From: Cycas panzhihuaensis
Lineage: Eukaryota > Plantae > Cycadophyta
NCBI GenBank assembly: GCA_023213395.1
Contig: CM041465.1
Location: forward strand, 199,709,741 to 199,773,740
Length of the DNA stretch: 64,000 bases
Direction of reading: 5' to 3'
Under the pieces are notes generated by a model. The model was not told the origin of the DNA and did no database searches. It saw nothing but the letters and a program-made list of their open reading frames with translations. This document shows, in pieces, positions 47,102 to 60,859 of this stretch (within the stretch, counting starts at the first letter, position 1; every line of letters starts with the position of its first letter). Position numbers and translations under genes: made by a program.

Positions 47102-48681
47102 TCTAATATGGAATTATTAGTTGTAGGGTTGCAACAAGTTAGATAAAATCCTTTCCTATTTTTTATGATAATTTATTAAATTATTTTTTCTCTATTAAAT
47201 TATCCACAAGAAAGAAGTGTCAAAGATAAGTAGGATACTTGAAGAGTGTATAGTCTAGTAATTTGGTTTGTTCTCAAATTTCAAGAAACTCCCATTGTCC
47301 ATTTGGTTAAGGAATTTAGCCTACTCTTGAGGAACATTTTGATAACTATAGATATATATTACTTCATGTATACCCACTATGTATATGCCATTTTATATTT
47401 TATTTCTTAAAGTTTTCAATGTTGTAGTGTAATCATTATAATAAAATTAGAGCTTTTAATACCCCATTAGGTATGGAATGTGCTTAGAGATATTTTATAT
47501 TCATGACTATGATATTTGTGATAAGGGCCTGTGTGCATGTGATGTTTGCATATTTATACATTAGAATCCAAGTTCTCAAACATATGTAAAATGATGCAAA
47601 TTAAGTCTCCATAATAATAGAGGTAGACAAGATTGCTTAACATAATTAAAAAAGTTAAGAGGGAGGTATATGATATAAATAAGGATTAAAAAAGGCCTAA
47701 AGGTTTTGGGGGCAGTGGGGAGTAGAGTTTCTAGAAACCATTATCTTATGAGAGATTCCTCAGATTTAATGAGCTATTTGATTATTAATTAAATGGAGTA
47801 ATGAAAGTGGCCCACATCCATGTTGGAGAAATATTCTTTTTAGAGTATGTCTAAATGGATAAGTTATCTTAAATATTCTTTGACCACTCTAATCACTTTA
47901 ACCTTAAGGCTAACTTGTTAACTATTTTTCTTGAAATATGATGGGGTTGAGTGTTTTAAATACACTATTTCTTTTATTGAAGTTATCATGAGAGAATTTA
48001 AGAAATACATAAGTTTAGAAGTACATATATTTTTTGATGTAAGAAAACTCTAAATACATGGTTTATCTTTTGATGTAGGGAGTGCAATAACCCAATACTC
48101 TAATGATATAGAATAATAAATAAAATTTTCTCCTTTTATTTATTTATTTTGTTGATACTAAAGATACCATATTCTTAATATTGTCTAATTTTAATCACCA
48201 AAATAATAATAAAAAGAATAGTATGTAACAAACCATAAGACTAATAAGTTACACACTATGCTAATAATCTAAGGATTTAGGAATATATAACACACTATAT
48301 GACATTAGTATTCATGAACTTTACCCTTTATAGTAGGATTTAAAATATACAACCCAAGTATAATTTTTCATATATGTAATATAATCATGATATTCATTTC
48401 ATAACTCTTGTAGAATATTTACATAGGATTAAGACATAATAAACTTATCTTTACTAGGGAAAAATTGAATTGCTTAAAGGTATTCACCCTTAAACATTCA
48501 AAAGCTTTGCATGAGAATCTACTTATGAGTTAAGGTATGTGATATGAATATAAGGAAACTTATTTTTGACTATTCACTTATGACTCAACTACCAATTCAA
48601 TATCTTAAACTAACTAGCTCATTATTATTAATTATACTATGACTTAATATAGTATATCTAAGTCTTATTTGGTGGTATCAT

Positions 48682-51600
48682 TGAGAGGAGTAGATTTATC
48701 CTTCATATCCATGCATTAAACACAAAGGCAAATATGGGAGTAAGAGAGACTTGAGAGAAAAAGAGTAGCTCTCACAAAATGGGGAGGTAAGAATGAGCCT
48801 CCTCCATTGAGCTTTTACTTTTATATTGAGAGAAGGAGCAATAGAGTTAGGCAAAATGAAATTATTACACATAATGCATATAAAAGCATATTTTACTTAA
48901 GTGATCTAATTTAAAGTTCACTTAATACCTATTTTAGGAATAATCTACTAATGTAATAACCTTGTGATATTAACCCATTTCAATCTTTCCCTTAATGGTA
49001 AAATGTCATTTCATCCTATTGTATTCTATCCTATGAGGTCTTTATTTGAGGCTCTTATAAAGTAAACTACTATGACACTTTTGTGGGAAACCCTCATGGG
49101 AAAGAAAACCCACAAACTTTCTAATATACTAACCTAGCTCAGGTGGCTCTTTAAATGAAGCTAGATAGCTAATCAGTATAATGAATTTTGTAGTTGAAAT
49201 CTATTGAGTTTCCATATACCATTTGGTCATCCCATATGACCTTTCAAGTTTTCACAAGTTCTAATTTTCCAAAATTATATAATCCTTATCCTTTCGTACC
49301 CATAAGGGGTTTTTACAAATGGAATAGAGTAGAGACTTACTCTTATCCTTCTGTGTCCACAAGACGTTTTCATGAATGAGATATAGTATGATGGTCCTAT
49401 TATCATCTCCTTCAATTAATTAGAGATGGAGGCCCTAAGGATGAATTACCTTTGAAACTATTCAAACTTCATCCTCTTTAGTGGTTTGGTAAAGATATCA
49501 ACCACTTGATCTACTATGGGGCAATACTCTAGTTAAGTTGTGCCATCATGAACTAGTTCTTTAATCTTGTAGACTTTTTTACTTATATGTTTGGTACGAT
49601 CATGAAATATAAGATTTTTAGCCATTTGGATTATAGATTGATTATCCATATGTAAGCTAGTAGAACTTGTTTGGGTGGCATTTAATGTATGCAACAATTT
49701 TCTAAGCCATATCATCTTCTTACTTGTCTCAGAAGTAATAATATATTTAGCTTCGATAATTGGGTCTATAACTATCTTTTGCCATCTAGATCTCCATGAT
49801 ATTGGTGCTATTCCAAGAAATGTTACATACCTAGACATAGATCTTCTTGTGTCTTTATCTTTAGTAAAGTCTGTATCTATGCATACATGGAGTTTGAATT
49901 CTACATTGGGTTCATATAATAGACCATATTTGCTAGTCATTTTTAGGTACCTTAACACTTGTAATGTAGCATAGTAGTGATTCTGCTTAGGATTTGTCAT
50001 GAATTTTACAAGAATGCCAATAGTATGTGTAATATCTAGCCTTATGTTAGTACTATAGATGAGACTACTAATAAGTTATCTATAGAGTATTGCATCTGCC
50101 TCCCTAGTGTCACCATAAACTAAGAGTTTAACATTAGGTTCCATAGGTGTAGCCACTGGTTGAGCATCCTCCAACTAAAACTTTATTAGAAGATTATTGA
50201 TATATTTTTCTTGAGAGAGAAAGATTTTTCTATTCTTTTAAGTTACTTCAATTTCTAAATAATATTTCATCAACCCAAGGTTAGACAATTCAAAAATTTA
50301 GTAAGGTATTTCTTTAGTTGGTTGATTACTTATTCAATATTCCCCATTATTAACATATCATTCATAAAGATTAAGAGGTAAGTGACTTTATCATTTTGGC
50401 ACTTGATGAATAGTATTGGATTAATATCTTGATAGTCACAAACCTCATATCTGAGTTGCATCATTCTTTTAGACAACTTGGTAAACCAAGCATGAAGGGT
50501 TTATTTTAAGTCATATAAGAACTTTCTGAGCTTGCAAACCTTATGCTCTTGATCAACAATCTTACATCCTTCGGGCTAAGACATATAAATTTTTTCTTTA
50601 AGGTCCCCATTGAGCAACCAAGGCTATAAGAGTTCTGATTGTAGGCTACTTAGTTGTAGAAGCAAAGATTTTAGTGTAGTTAATGCCTTCCCTTTGCATG
50701 AATCCTTTTGCTACCAACCTCACCTTATATTTTTCTAGGGTGCCATCTAATCTATACTTGTTTTTGAACACCCATTTATTTTGAACTACCTTTCTTCTAA
50801 GTGGTAGATCAATAAGCTCCCATGTATCATTCTTGATAAGAGATTGGTACTCTCTGTTCATGGCATTTCTCCAAGCTATATGCTTTATAGCTTCTTAGTA
50901 TGTTAGAGGCTCTTCATTAAGAGCAAGGTGTAGTTCTACTAGTTTAAGCTCAATGGAAATTCATTCATGCATTTTTGCTCTATGGGCACTTTTAGTGCTA
51001 GTTTTTCCTACCTCATCTAGTCGCATGTCCTTGTGTAGTTAGTAGGCTTCATGAAAACCTCAAGTTAGGAATGAGGTTTTTATTTCTATTATCTCTTGGT
51101 CTTTATTTTAATCCTAAAAAGAATCATATAAAATGTTTGGCATATTAGAAGTTAACAATGCTAGAGAAGATGGGCTAGTCATTGATGTTAGAGAAGGTGA
51201 TCCTTCTGCTATGGCTTTGCCTTTGTTAACTTGGCCATTCTCAAATGATAGTTCTAGATGTGTACACATCAGCTAAGAGTCACAACTTATATCTTCTAGG
51301 GCTTTATTGTCAGATTCTAATATTTTAAGCAATTGTTGAGCATCTCCCCCTCTAAATTTTAGAATTTAGACATTAAATTTAGTAGCATCATTAAATCGAT
51401 ATAAAGGTATATTAGAGTAAAGTCTAAGAAATTGATCTTCAATCTCTGCAAAGATAACATCTCTAGTGATGATGATTTTATGCTATAAAGGTAGAAAAAC
51501 CTTTTACCCCTTTTTATCCATAAGGTATCTGACAAAGATGAATTTGAGGGCTCCATCCTAGAGCTTGTTTCTATATTCCTCCAAAATGTGAGCATAACAA

Positions 51601-54600
51601 GTAGAGCCAAAAATTTTAAAGTGGGAGATAGAGGGGATTTATTCATACCACATTTCATATGAAGAGGGGTTGAGCTTGGAGGAACTAATAATGTTGATGT
51701 AATACATGATGGTCCAGATAGCCTCGACCTAAAGATAGACATGGACATTCTTATATACTAGCATAGTAAAAGCCATGTTTATGATGGTCTTATTCATGTA
51801 CTTAGAAACTTTATTTTATTAGGGTATACCTATAATAGTGGTCTGATGTTTGATCCCATGGTGATATAGGTATGATTTAAACTCATTGGAAGTTTACTCA
51901 CCACCGTTATTAGTCTTAGCATTTTGATCTTGAATCTAGATTCATTTTCCACATGGGCCTTAAAAGCTTGAAACATAGAAAAATCTCCATCTTTCTTTAA
52001 AAGAAAAGAAACCCATACTTTCTTGGTAAAATCATTAATAAAAGTAATATAGTACCACTTTTGTTTGACAAAAGGGATGGGCATAAGACCATATATACTT
52101 GAGTGTACAAGTTGTAAAGGTTGGGTAGATTTCCACAGACTACAAGGAAAGGATTATCTTTGAGAATTGGTAATAATACATGCTTTGCATTTGAAGGTCT
52201 TAGAGGAGAGCCTAGGCATATTGGGAAGAGTGGCATGTAGTTCTTATAAATGATTAATTTTGATATGGCTTATATGAGCATGCTATAGGGCTGCTTAGGG
52301 TAACTTTTGAGGAGTTAGGGTTATGGTAAAAGTAGAGTCATCATCAACATAGTTGACTTTAGAGGATTGTGATCCAGTTAGGCAAAAAGGTTTTCCATCA
52401 AGAATTCTAGTCATAACCACATCATTTGAAGAAGGGTGAATGACACAGAGAGTTTGATTATTTGTAGTTACATTAAGATCAAATCCATGAGAGACAAGGG
52501 TGGACAGGGAGAGCAACGTTTACTTTAGAGTAGAAATATATAAAACATTAACAAGGGTAAAATCTAGAAGGCCTGAGAGTTTTAGGTAAATAATTCCAAT
52601 TCCTTTGATTGGCTGAGATGATATTAAAGTAAAGTTGGTATTAAAGGTCTTATCAAGTTTGATAAACTTATCAATAACAACCTCAAAGTTTAGGGTCTTC
52701 AAGGTGCCACTAGATTGAAGACTTCCTAGTAGATTTTTATAATATAGGATATATAGAGATATGACTTAATCAAGAAAGCTCATATAATATATTGAGTGTT
52801 GAAATCTTTATCGATGGCTTACTTGATTTGACTAAGGAGATTGATTGTCTCACTTATGTATCCTTTCTACATTTTTAATTTATTCATCTTTAGTACTAAG
52901 TGAACAAATTTTAAGTTTGATTTAGTGTCAAAGTTCTTCTTAAGAACTTCAAGAACTTTCTATGTTGTATTATGTATAATTTCATCAATGAGATTATGTA
53001 GGGAATAATGAGTGATAAGAAGTATCTTTGTACAAATTTTATCATCATCAAGTTTCATTGGTGTTTAGTTGTAGCTTCAGTGTGAGTAGTTCCTCTAAAA
53101 GTAGGTGTGGTAGCTGTAGCAGTAATAAATAGTGTAAGTTGTAAGTGATCTCTCCAAAGACCTTCATACTTTGTAATATTTCTGATACTAGTGAATTACA
53201 TGTTCTGATTTTCTTTCCCTTTAAGATTGTAGTTCACATCTTGCTTGAACTGTGAAGACTTGGTGTCTTTTAAAAAGAGAAGAAATGAATAAGGGACTAT
53301 AAAAGTGATGGCAATAAAGGACCAATCACTGTTTACAAATGGGAGATGCAATGAAATAGTGTATCAAAATGAAGAAGAAGTGAGAATGACTGCTCAAAGA
53401 TGAAGGAAGCAACTTAGAGAAAATTCACCAACACTTGTGACAAATATTAACCTAACACAACAAGAATATGAGAAGTACTATGATTAAAATTGGCCACTAA
53501 CACTTATAGAAAATATTAACTTGATGCAGTAGGAATATGAGAAACACTATGATTACTATTACACTATGGATCACTTTTTATAAATAAGTGATCAATATAC
53601 AAAATTATAGGTCAATATAAAAGTTGATATCATTGGGTGTACATAACTTGAAACTCAAATATAAAATGCATAATCAACCCAATAACCTCTAAATAATGTC
53701 CAATCTATAGTTGATGTCATTAAAGGGATGCCTAGGCTTCTAGCAGAATTAAGATGGCCTTCACCTATGATACTTGCAATTATACTTGGTGATGAAATCC
53801 AAGTCATAACAAAGCCCAGATATTTCTAATCCTCATCTAGTTCACTAATGAGTAGTTATATACCTCCTCCGAAGAGTGGTAGGTGCATGCCTATGGATAT
53901 AATAGATATTGGATTAGGTATATTTTAATCTTATACTAAAGTTTTATTTTTTCTAGGTGGTTATCAGGATGATCCCTAATTAAGACACGATGGTATGGCT
54001 AACCAAACCTTACCAATATTTTGGCTTAGTCTAGTCTCAACTTGAAACCTACATCTTTTTTATGGCATGACATTCTACCAACCAAGGTATCTCAACCTTG
54101 TCAAGTGTGTGAATAGGTATAAGATGTTAGAAAATAATGTACATGATGTGTTCCTTTTAGTGAGAGTGAAAAGATTATTGAATTTGCATCAAATATACAT
54201 ATAATTGAAAATAGAGTGCTTAGTTGGAGTGTCTTTAGAGTGCTTGCTTGAAGTAATTTTGGAGCGTTGAAATATAATGCTAATAAGTGAATGAAGACAC
54301 CAGATGTTCCTCTGATCCAAGTCTTTTTTACTCACTTTTACAATGGGCTTTTAATCCTTATAAAAAGAAGGAAGAAAAATTTTTCACTTTTTTTTTTCTT
54401 TTTTTACAAAAATGTAGTCTTCACTAAAACAACAATAACTTTCTCCGACGATAATAAAATTGAATGCTAATTTTTGTGCTATAAATTAGACTCAGAGCTA
54501 CATCTTTAAGAAGTGGAATTAATTCCAAATAAGTTCTGTAATTTTTTTATAGTCCTACAAAGTGGACAAAATATATTTTTCTAAAATTCTTACTAAAAAT

Positions 54601-55570
54601 AATTGTTGTTCACTAAAATAGTAATAATTTTCTCATATAATAACAGAACCAGGTGTTGATTTTTACACTAGAAACTATACTCAAAGCCTCATCTTTATGA
54701 ATTTGAATTAGGTCAATTATAACTCTATAGAAGTTTTTGGTAGACCTGTGAAGTTTAGTAAGTAGATTTTATTTCTACAGAAAATTTAGCTTGTAAATGT
54801 CTCATTAACACATGATACCATATGAAAATTTCATTATTTTTTGATCACTAGGATCCCAATACAGGCAAAATAAGAGCATATAATGATGGATATTTTAAAT
54901 GGATCCAAATTCATAAAAGAAGTGGGTAGAACCTCCCCTTATAAATATTCTTCTAAATGCTAAAAAAATTTCAGTAGTATTTCCCATTGTTAAATGGATA
55001 AAAAGAGGGGAAAGAAAAGAAAAATGAGATAGTATAAATGACTCCCAAAGGATTGAAATCCTTGGGCCTTTTAACTCCTCATATTATACTTCCAAACCTA
55101 TAAAAGATAAAGGGAAAAAAAACAATACTAAATATGCTATGATAAAAACTTCAAAATATTTCTAAATCCACTTTTACAATCTCCTTCACCATATGGATTA
55201 TGGGGGAAAAGGAAGTGATGACTCTATTGCAAGTGAAATTGAGGAATATAAAGGAAGTAAGCTTTGATACCATATGAAAGGAGTGGATCTATCCTTTATT
55301 TCCATATACTAAACATAGGCAAATATGGGAGCAAGAGAGACTTGAGAGAAAAAGAGTAGCTCTCACAAAATGGGGAGGTAAGAATGAGCCTCCTCCATTG
55401 AGCTTTTACTTTTATATTGAGAGAGAGAGTGTTAGAATTAGGCAAAATAAAATTACACGTAATGCACATAAAAGTACATTTCACTTAAGTGATCTAATTT
55501 TAAGTTCACTTAAGACCCTTTTTAGGAATAATCAACTAATGTAATGACCTTGTGACATTAACCCATTTCA
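48682..55570 (-). mobile_element. Complete but decayed Ty1/copia element, same family as 21218-27662
   Basis: LTRs at 48682-48982 and 55275-55570. TSD atcat on both sides. PBS reverse complement at 55261-55272; PPT reverse complement at 48983-48995. RT ORF 50646-50861, RNase H ORF 49533-50000, integrase ORF 51830-52084. Confidence 0.97.
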
Positions 55571-57269
55571 ATCATACCATGTCCAACTTCTTCCCATATT
55601 AATATATTAAGAATAAAGCTAGTGGTTGTTCATATATAAGGTTTTAAACTAAATTATTTATACATGGTCCTAAACTAAGACATCATTATAGATTATTGAT
55701 GTATATTCCTATACTAAGTCATCAATACATAGGATTGACATAAGGTCTCAGATTGAGTCATTATTATATATCAAATATTATATATATATATATAAACTAT
55801 AAAAGAAGTCACTACATATTAAACACATGAGCAACCAATATGCTTGTAATCCCTTTTGAGAAAGCCTCCACCTATAATAATATTATACCCTTGCTAATAA
55901 TATAGATTCTAATATAGCTAGCATAATGAAAATTAACAATGTAAATGTCAATGTCACCTAATAACATATCTCCTCTAGATTTTACTATATAATATAAGCC
56001 ATTGTTTGCAATTCTCTACTTTTTCCCTTTCTTAAATCCACTTATTTATTCCTAGAATATAATGAAAACCTCCTTTCTTTTAAGGACAAAGAAGTCTCTA
56101 AAGTAAGTCTCCTTAAAGTAAATAAATATTTCCCAAAGTAAATGAAATGGCATTCAAGCCTATACTAGCCTAAACATCTTCTAGTTTTACATAAGTCTTT
56201 TATTTTTAATATACTTTCCTATCATAAGAATAATTTAAGCTAAAAGGTGGAATTGTTAAAAGGGATTGGACATAATGGCCATGGCTTCTAAAATTTAGCC
56301 CATAGGAATTTCTCATCCCATTTATATTATATTCCCCCTCTTATATACTTTTCTTTCTTAAATAATCTAACCATATTTATTTAGTGGACTTAATATTGAA
56401 ATCATTTATAATATATGGGTATGCATACTTTAAAATATTTGCATGTGCATAACATATGCACATAGACCTACAAACTTTGAGGTTACATAATACTATATTC
56501 TAAAATAAACTATAAACTAAGATGTGTCTCACATACCTAATAGGATTTTTATCTAGATTCTATTTATATTAAGGGATGATTACATTAAAACAATAAGAGA
56601 AAATATAAAGAAAGAGAATATACAATGAGGTATATATAATATATATAAATGGGATATTAAATGTATTCTTCTTCAAAAGAAGCATTAGCCCTAATGTGAT
56701 CATGCCCTATGAAAAGATATGGATACTATTGCCACATAGTCTTAGCCAACTCCTAAGTTACTTCATTAGGTTTTATATGGTCCCATTGGAACTTAACTTA
56801 CTCTATGGCTTGGTTCCATAACTAGTCTACCCTTTAATCTAATATTTGTATGGATTCCATCTAAAATTATACTATAGGTTTAACCTAAACAATTGACTAG
56901 TTAACAATATGGTTAGGATTATGTACATATTTATTTAATATTAAAATATAAAAACATTATGTATATTTAAACTAGGTGGTAATATAAAGCTATACATAAC
57001 TAATCCTATTATCTTTAAAATTTTAAATAGTACATAACATCTTATTACTAGCTTTTTACATCTTCCTGGATTTAAAGAACTTCATTTTAGTTTCACTTAA
57101 AGAAATATGTAGTCCTTAATAGTAAATTCCTTTGCTATCCATTTCAAATTTGTATAAATTTTTTATTAATATTAAGCTAACTTTAAATACTTCTTAATCT
57201 TGATAGAGGATGGATATCTTCCTAGTTTGCAACCTAGGTTCGAGACTCATGACATTCTCACTAACATTT

Positions 57270-60109
57270 ATTTAATAAAAAAATAAAATAAAGATAAGCT
57301 CAAAAGCACAAGTATAAGAATTAATATTAAATACTTTAAATGAAAAGGTTTGTATTCCATTTATTTATAAGAAATTACAATGTAATATAATATGAAGAAT
57401 GCCTCGTATATAAGACAAAATGGAGGTAGTTATAAAATATAAGGAAGGTGAATTGAAGGGTCATGTAAAGTGTAAAGTGGACCTTCCATTATTATGATAA
57501 TTTATGACACCTTTATATGAGGACAAAACAATATTCCATACTATTAGGTTCACAACATTAAGTTGTGACTTAATTTATTCACATGAAATAAAGCCCTCAT
57601 CATAAATATATACAACATTAATATTAATGGTACAAAGATCAATAAGTCAATGAAATAAACATTAATTCTTCCATCACCTTCCATTAATGATGATTTCATT
57701 ATTTTTTACATCAAGGCCAAGCCAAAACCTTTCAAATTTATCATGAGAGAGTTCTTTTGTGAAGATATCTATAATCTGTTCTTTGGTAGGCTTATAGATC
57801 AAATAAATCTCACCATCCTATACAAGCTCCCTGACTAAGTGATGGTAAACCTTGATGTATTTCATAATTGCATGGAACACGTGATTCTTGGTTAATTTCA
57901 AAACACTTTGATTATCACAAAATAAAGATGTAGCTTGTATTTGATTGAGTCCAAGCTCTTCAAGAATCCTCCTAAGCTAGGTAGCCTCAAGAACAATACT
58001 AATAATAACTTTATACTTAACTTTAGTTGAAGAAAGTATGACATTAGGCTAGTTTTTACAGGACCATGAAATTAGAGCTAAACTCAAGTTAAAATAGTGA
58101 TCTAAAATTGATCTATGACTATATTTACATCCAACCCAATCTCCATCTATATAACATATCAAAAAAGGATTCTCCACATCACAATAATCAAGTCTAAATT
58201 GAAGAGTACCCTAGATATGTTTTAGGATCCTCATTATTTCTTTCCAATATGAGAGTTTGGGCTATGCTATAAAATTGGAATAAATCCCAATACCATAGGC
58301 AATATTTGGACGAGTATACATGAGGTAAATGAGTTTCCCCACAAGTTATCTATAGAATGTTGGATTAATAGGTTTTTCACTCTAATCAATATCCAATTTT
58401 AAACCCATTTCCATTGGAGTTGGTGATGGTTTATATTCATTTAGCCTATACTTTTGAAGAATTTCCTTTGTAGATTTTGATTATAAAAGGAAGATATGGC
58501 CTGGCTTTTGCCAGAATTCCATGCCAAGAAAGTAGCAGAGTAACTTAAGGTCAGTCATCTAAAATCTACTCTTTAGTTCTCCTTAGGGATATAAAATCCA
58601 CTATGTATCATTACTAGTTATCAACAAATCATTAACATAGAGTACGACTAGAGTGATTAACCCATTATAGATTCTAATCTACAGAATTAAATTTGATGAT
58701 GAGTGGATGAGTCCATGTTTTTAGAAATAATCATCAATTTTTACATACCAAGGGCAAGATAAAGGCAATACAAATTGCCATATAAGAAGGCACATTTTAC
58801 ATCCATTTGGTATAGAAGCCATTTATATTGAGTTGCAAGTACTAAAACAAGTCTAATAGTAGTCATGTTAGCAATTGGTGCAAATGTGTCATAATAGTCA
58901 ATTCCTTTAATCTATTTGAAACCTTAGGCAACCAAATAGGTTTGATGTCACTAAATGGAGCCATTTACATGAAATTTTATTTTGAAAATCTATTTATAAT
59001 TAATTGGTTTCTTCCCTTTAGATACATCAACAAGCTCCCAAGTATTATTTTATAGGATTAAATCCATTTCATTAGTCATTACTACTTGTCATTTTGGATC
59101 TATAGTAGCTTCCTTAAAAGTAAAAGGCTTAGGAGCTAATAATATTTCTGCCATTAAGGTAAAGTTAGTGGATAACCTATATTTTGATTATTTCTTTGCT
59201 TGTTATGGTGGTGAAGAAGCAGAAAAGATCATCTACATGTACTATTTAAGCAACCATTTTGAAGTAGCCTCATCGTAAATATCCTTGGAAGGATTGATAT
59301 GAGAAGATGTAGAAATAAAGAAGGTGGAGTAGACATAGAACCAAGAGTAAATATAGATGTAGGAGGAATATGTATTGGAGATATATTTTATGAAGTAGGT
59401 GGAGAAATTAGTGTTTTTTCTGACTGATCATCAAAGAATGATATTTGATTAATATCAACATCCTAGTTCTCTTATGAAAATATAACAATTTGAGATATAT
59501 ATATTTGGTTGGTGGTAGGATCATACAATTTATATATTTTGTAGTCAAGTTGATAACCAATAAAAATATATTTCCTACTCTTATCATCTATTTTTTTCCT
59601 CTATTCTTTTGGAATAAGCATATATGTTGTATAACCAAAAGTACACAAGTGTAAGATCATAGGTTTTTGACCTAACTAGGCCTCCTTAAGAGTAATGTTT
59701 AACACAACCTTGGTAGGAATTTTGTCTATAAGGTATGCAATTATATAAAGAGTTTCAACCTAGAATTGAAGTCTTAAACTCTTAGTGGTAAGCATGGCTA
59801 TGCCTTTGCTGACCAAGGTCTAATTCATTCTCTCAATAATACCATTCTGATGAGGAGAATATGGGGCAAAAACCTATCATTTAATGCCATTATCATTATA
59901 AAATTAGGTGAATGCATTGGATATATATTCACCTCCATTATCACAACAAAGAATTTTTAGTGGCCTTCTAGATTTAATTTCAACACCATATTTAAATTCC
60001 TTGAATTTGTCAAGAGCTTTTAATTTTTGTTTCATGAAATATGCCCAGACTTTCTTGGAATAGTCATCAATAAAAGTGATAAAGAATTAATAGCCTCTTA
60101 TGGATGCCT
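57270..60109 (-). mobile_element. 3' part of a different Ty1/copia element (integrase, RT, RNase H, probable 3' LTR)
   Basis: Minus strand: FITFIDDYSKKVWAYF at ~60040-60088; DNGGEY; QMDVKCAFL; VLYVNDL; EQIIDIFTK at ~57770. PPT-like tract at ~57674-57687. LTR limits uncertain. Confidence 0.9.
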
Positions 60110-60850
60110 TGTTGGGGTTAATGCTCATCACCCCACTCCCAGCTTTTGCACATGTGAATACACACATGTTAAGGTAAGCTAGGTAAGATTAATTTTAACT
60201 TAAGTATTATTTTAATGTTGTTTGAATTTTAGAGGTTGAGGAGGTTTCCCTCATCCCTTATAATTATATATTTTTGAGGTGAAAAACCCTGGTGTCTTTT
60301 GACATCAACAACATTTGAAAACTTATTATACTCCTTTAAAATGGATTGACTAATTTTGATATTTATTTATGTTTTCTCAATATGGATTGATGTGCATACC
60401 TACTCCGCTCTACACTCCTTGTATTATTTTTCCAACATATGGTATTAGAGCATACATCTATTTGGGCTTGTAATCTTTGAGCATAGATGTTGGCTTGTGA
60501 CATTTGACACTTATTTTCTACAATATTTAGAGCAAGATCTTAGCTCTAACATTGGCCACGACAAGTTTATTCAATAAATTTTCAGTTCATACTATAGTTT
60601 TCAATAGTTTTTCTTATATATTTTTTGATAAATAATTAATTTTTTCATATAAAAAACTTATTACTCATATTATTTTTAAGTATTTACTATAAACTTGAGT
60701 GCACTCAGCCTAACAACAGTTTCATATAGGTAGTTTTTGAATATAATTGATGAAATATCAAGTTTTCTATTATTTTATGTCATTCTTTTAAAGGTTGTGC
60801 AAGGCCGTGTGATTTCAACAAGCTGGTGTAGCTTTTCTATTACTTAGAAC
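60110..60850 (+). mobile_element. 5' LTR (60110-60437), PBS and leader inserted into the copia integrase
   Basis: TGTTGG...CCAACA termini; PBS tggtattagagc at 60440-60451. Confidence 0.85.
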
Positions 60851-60859
60851 TATAGCACA

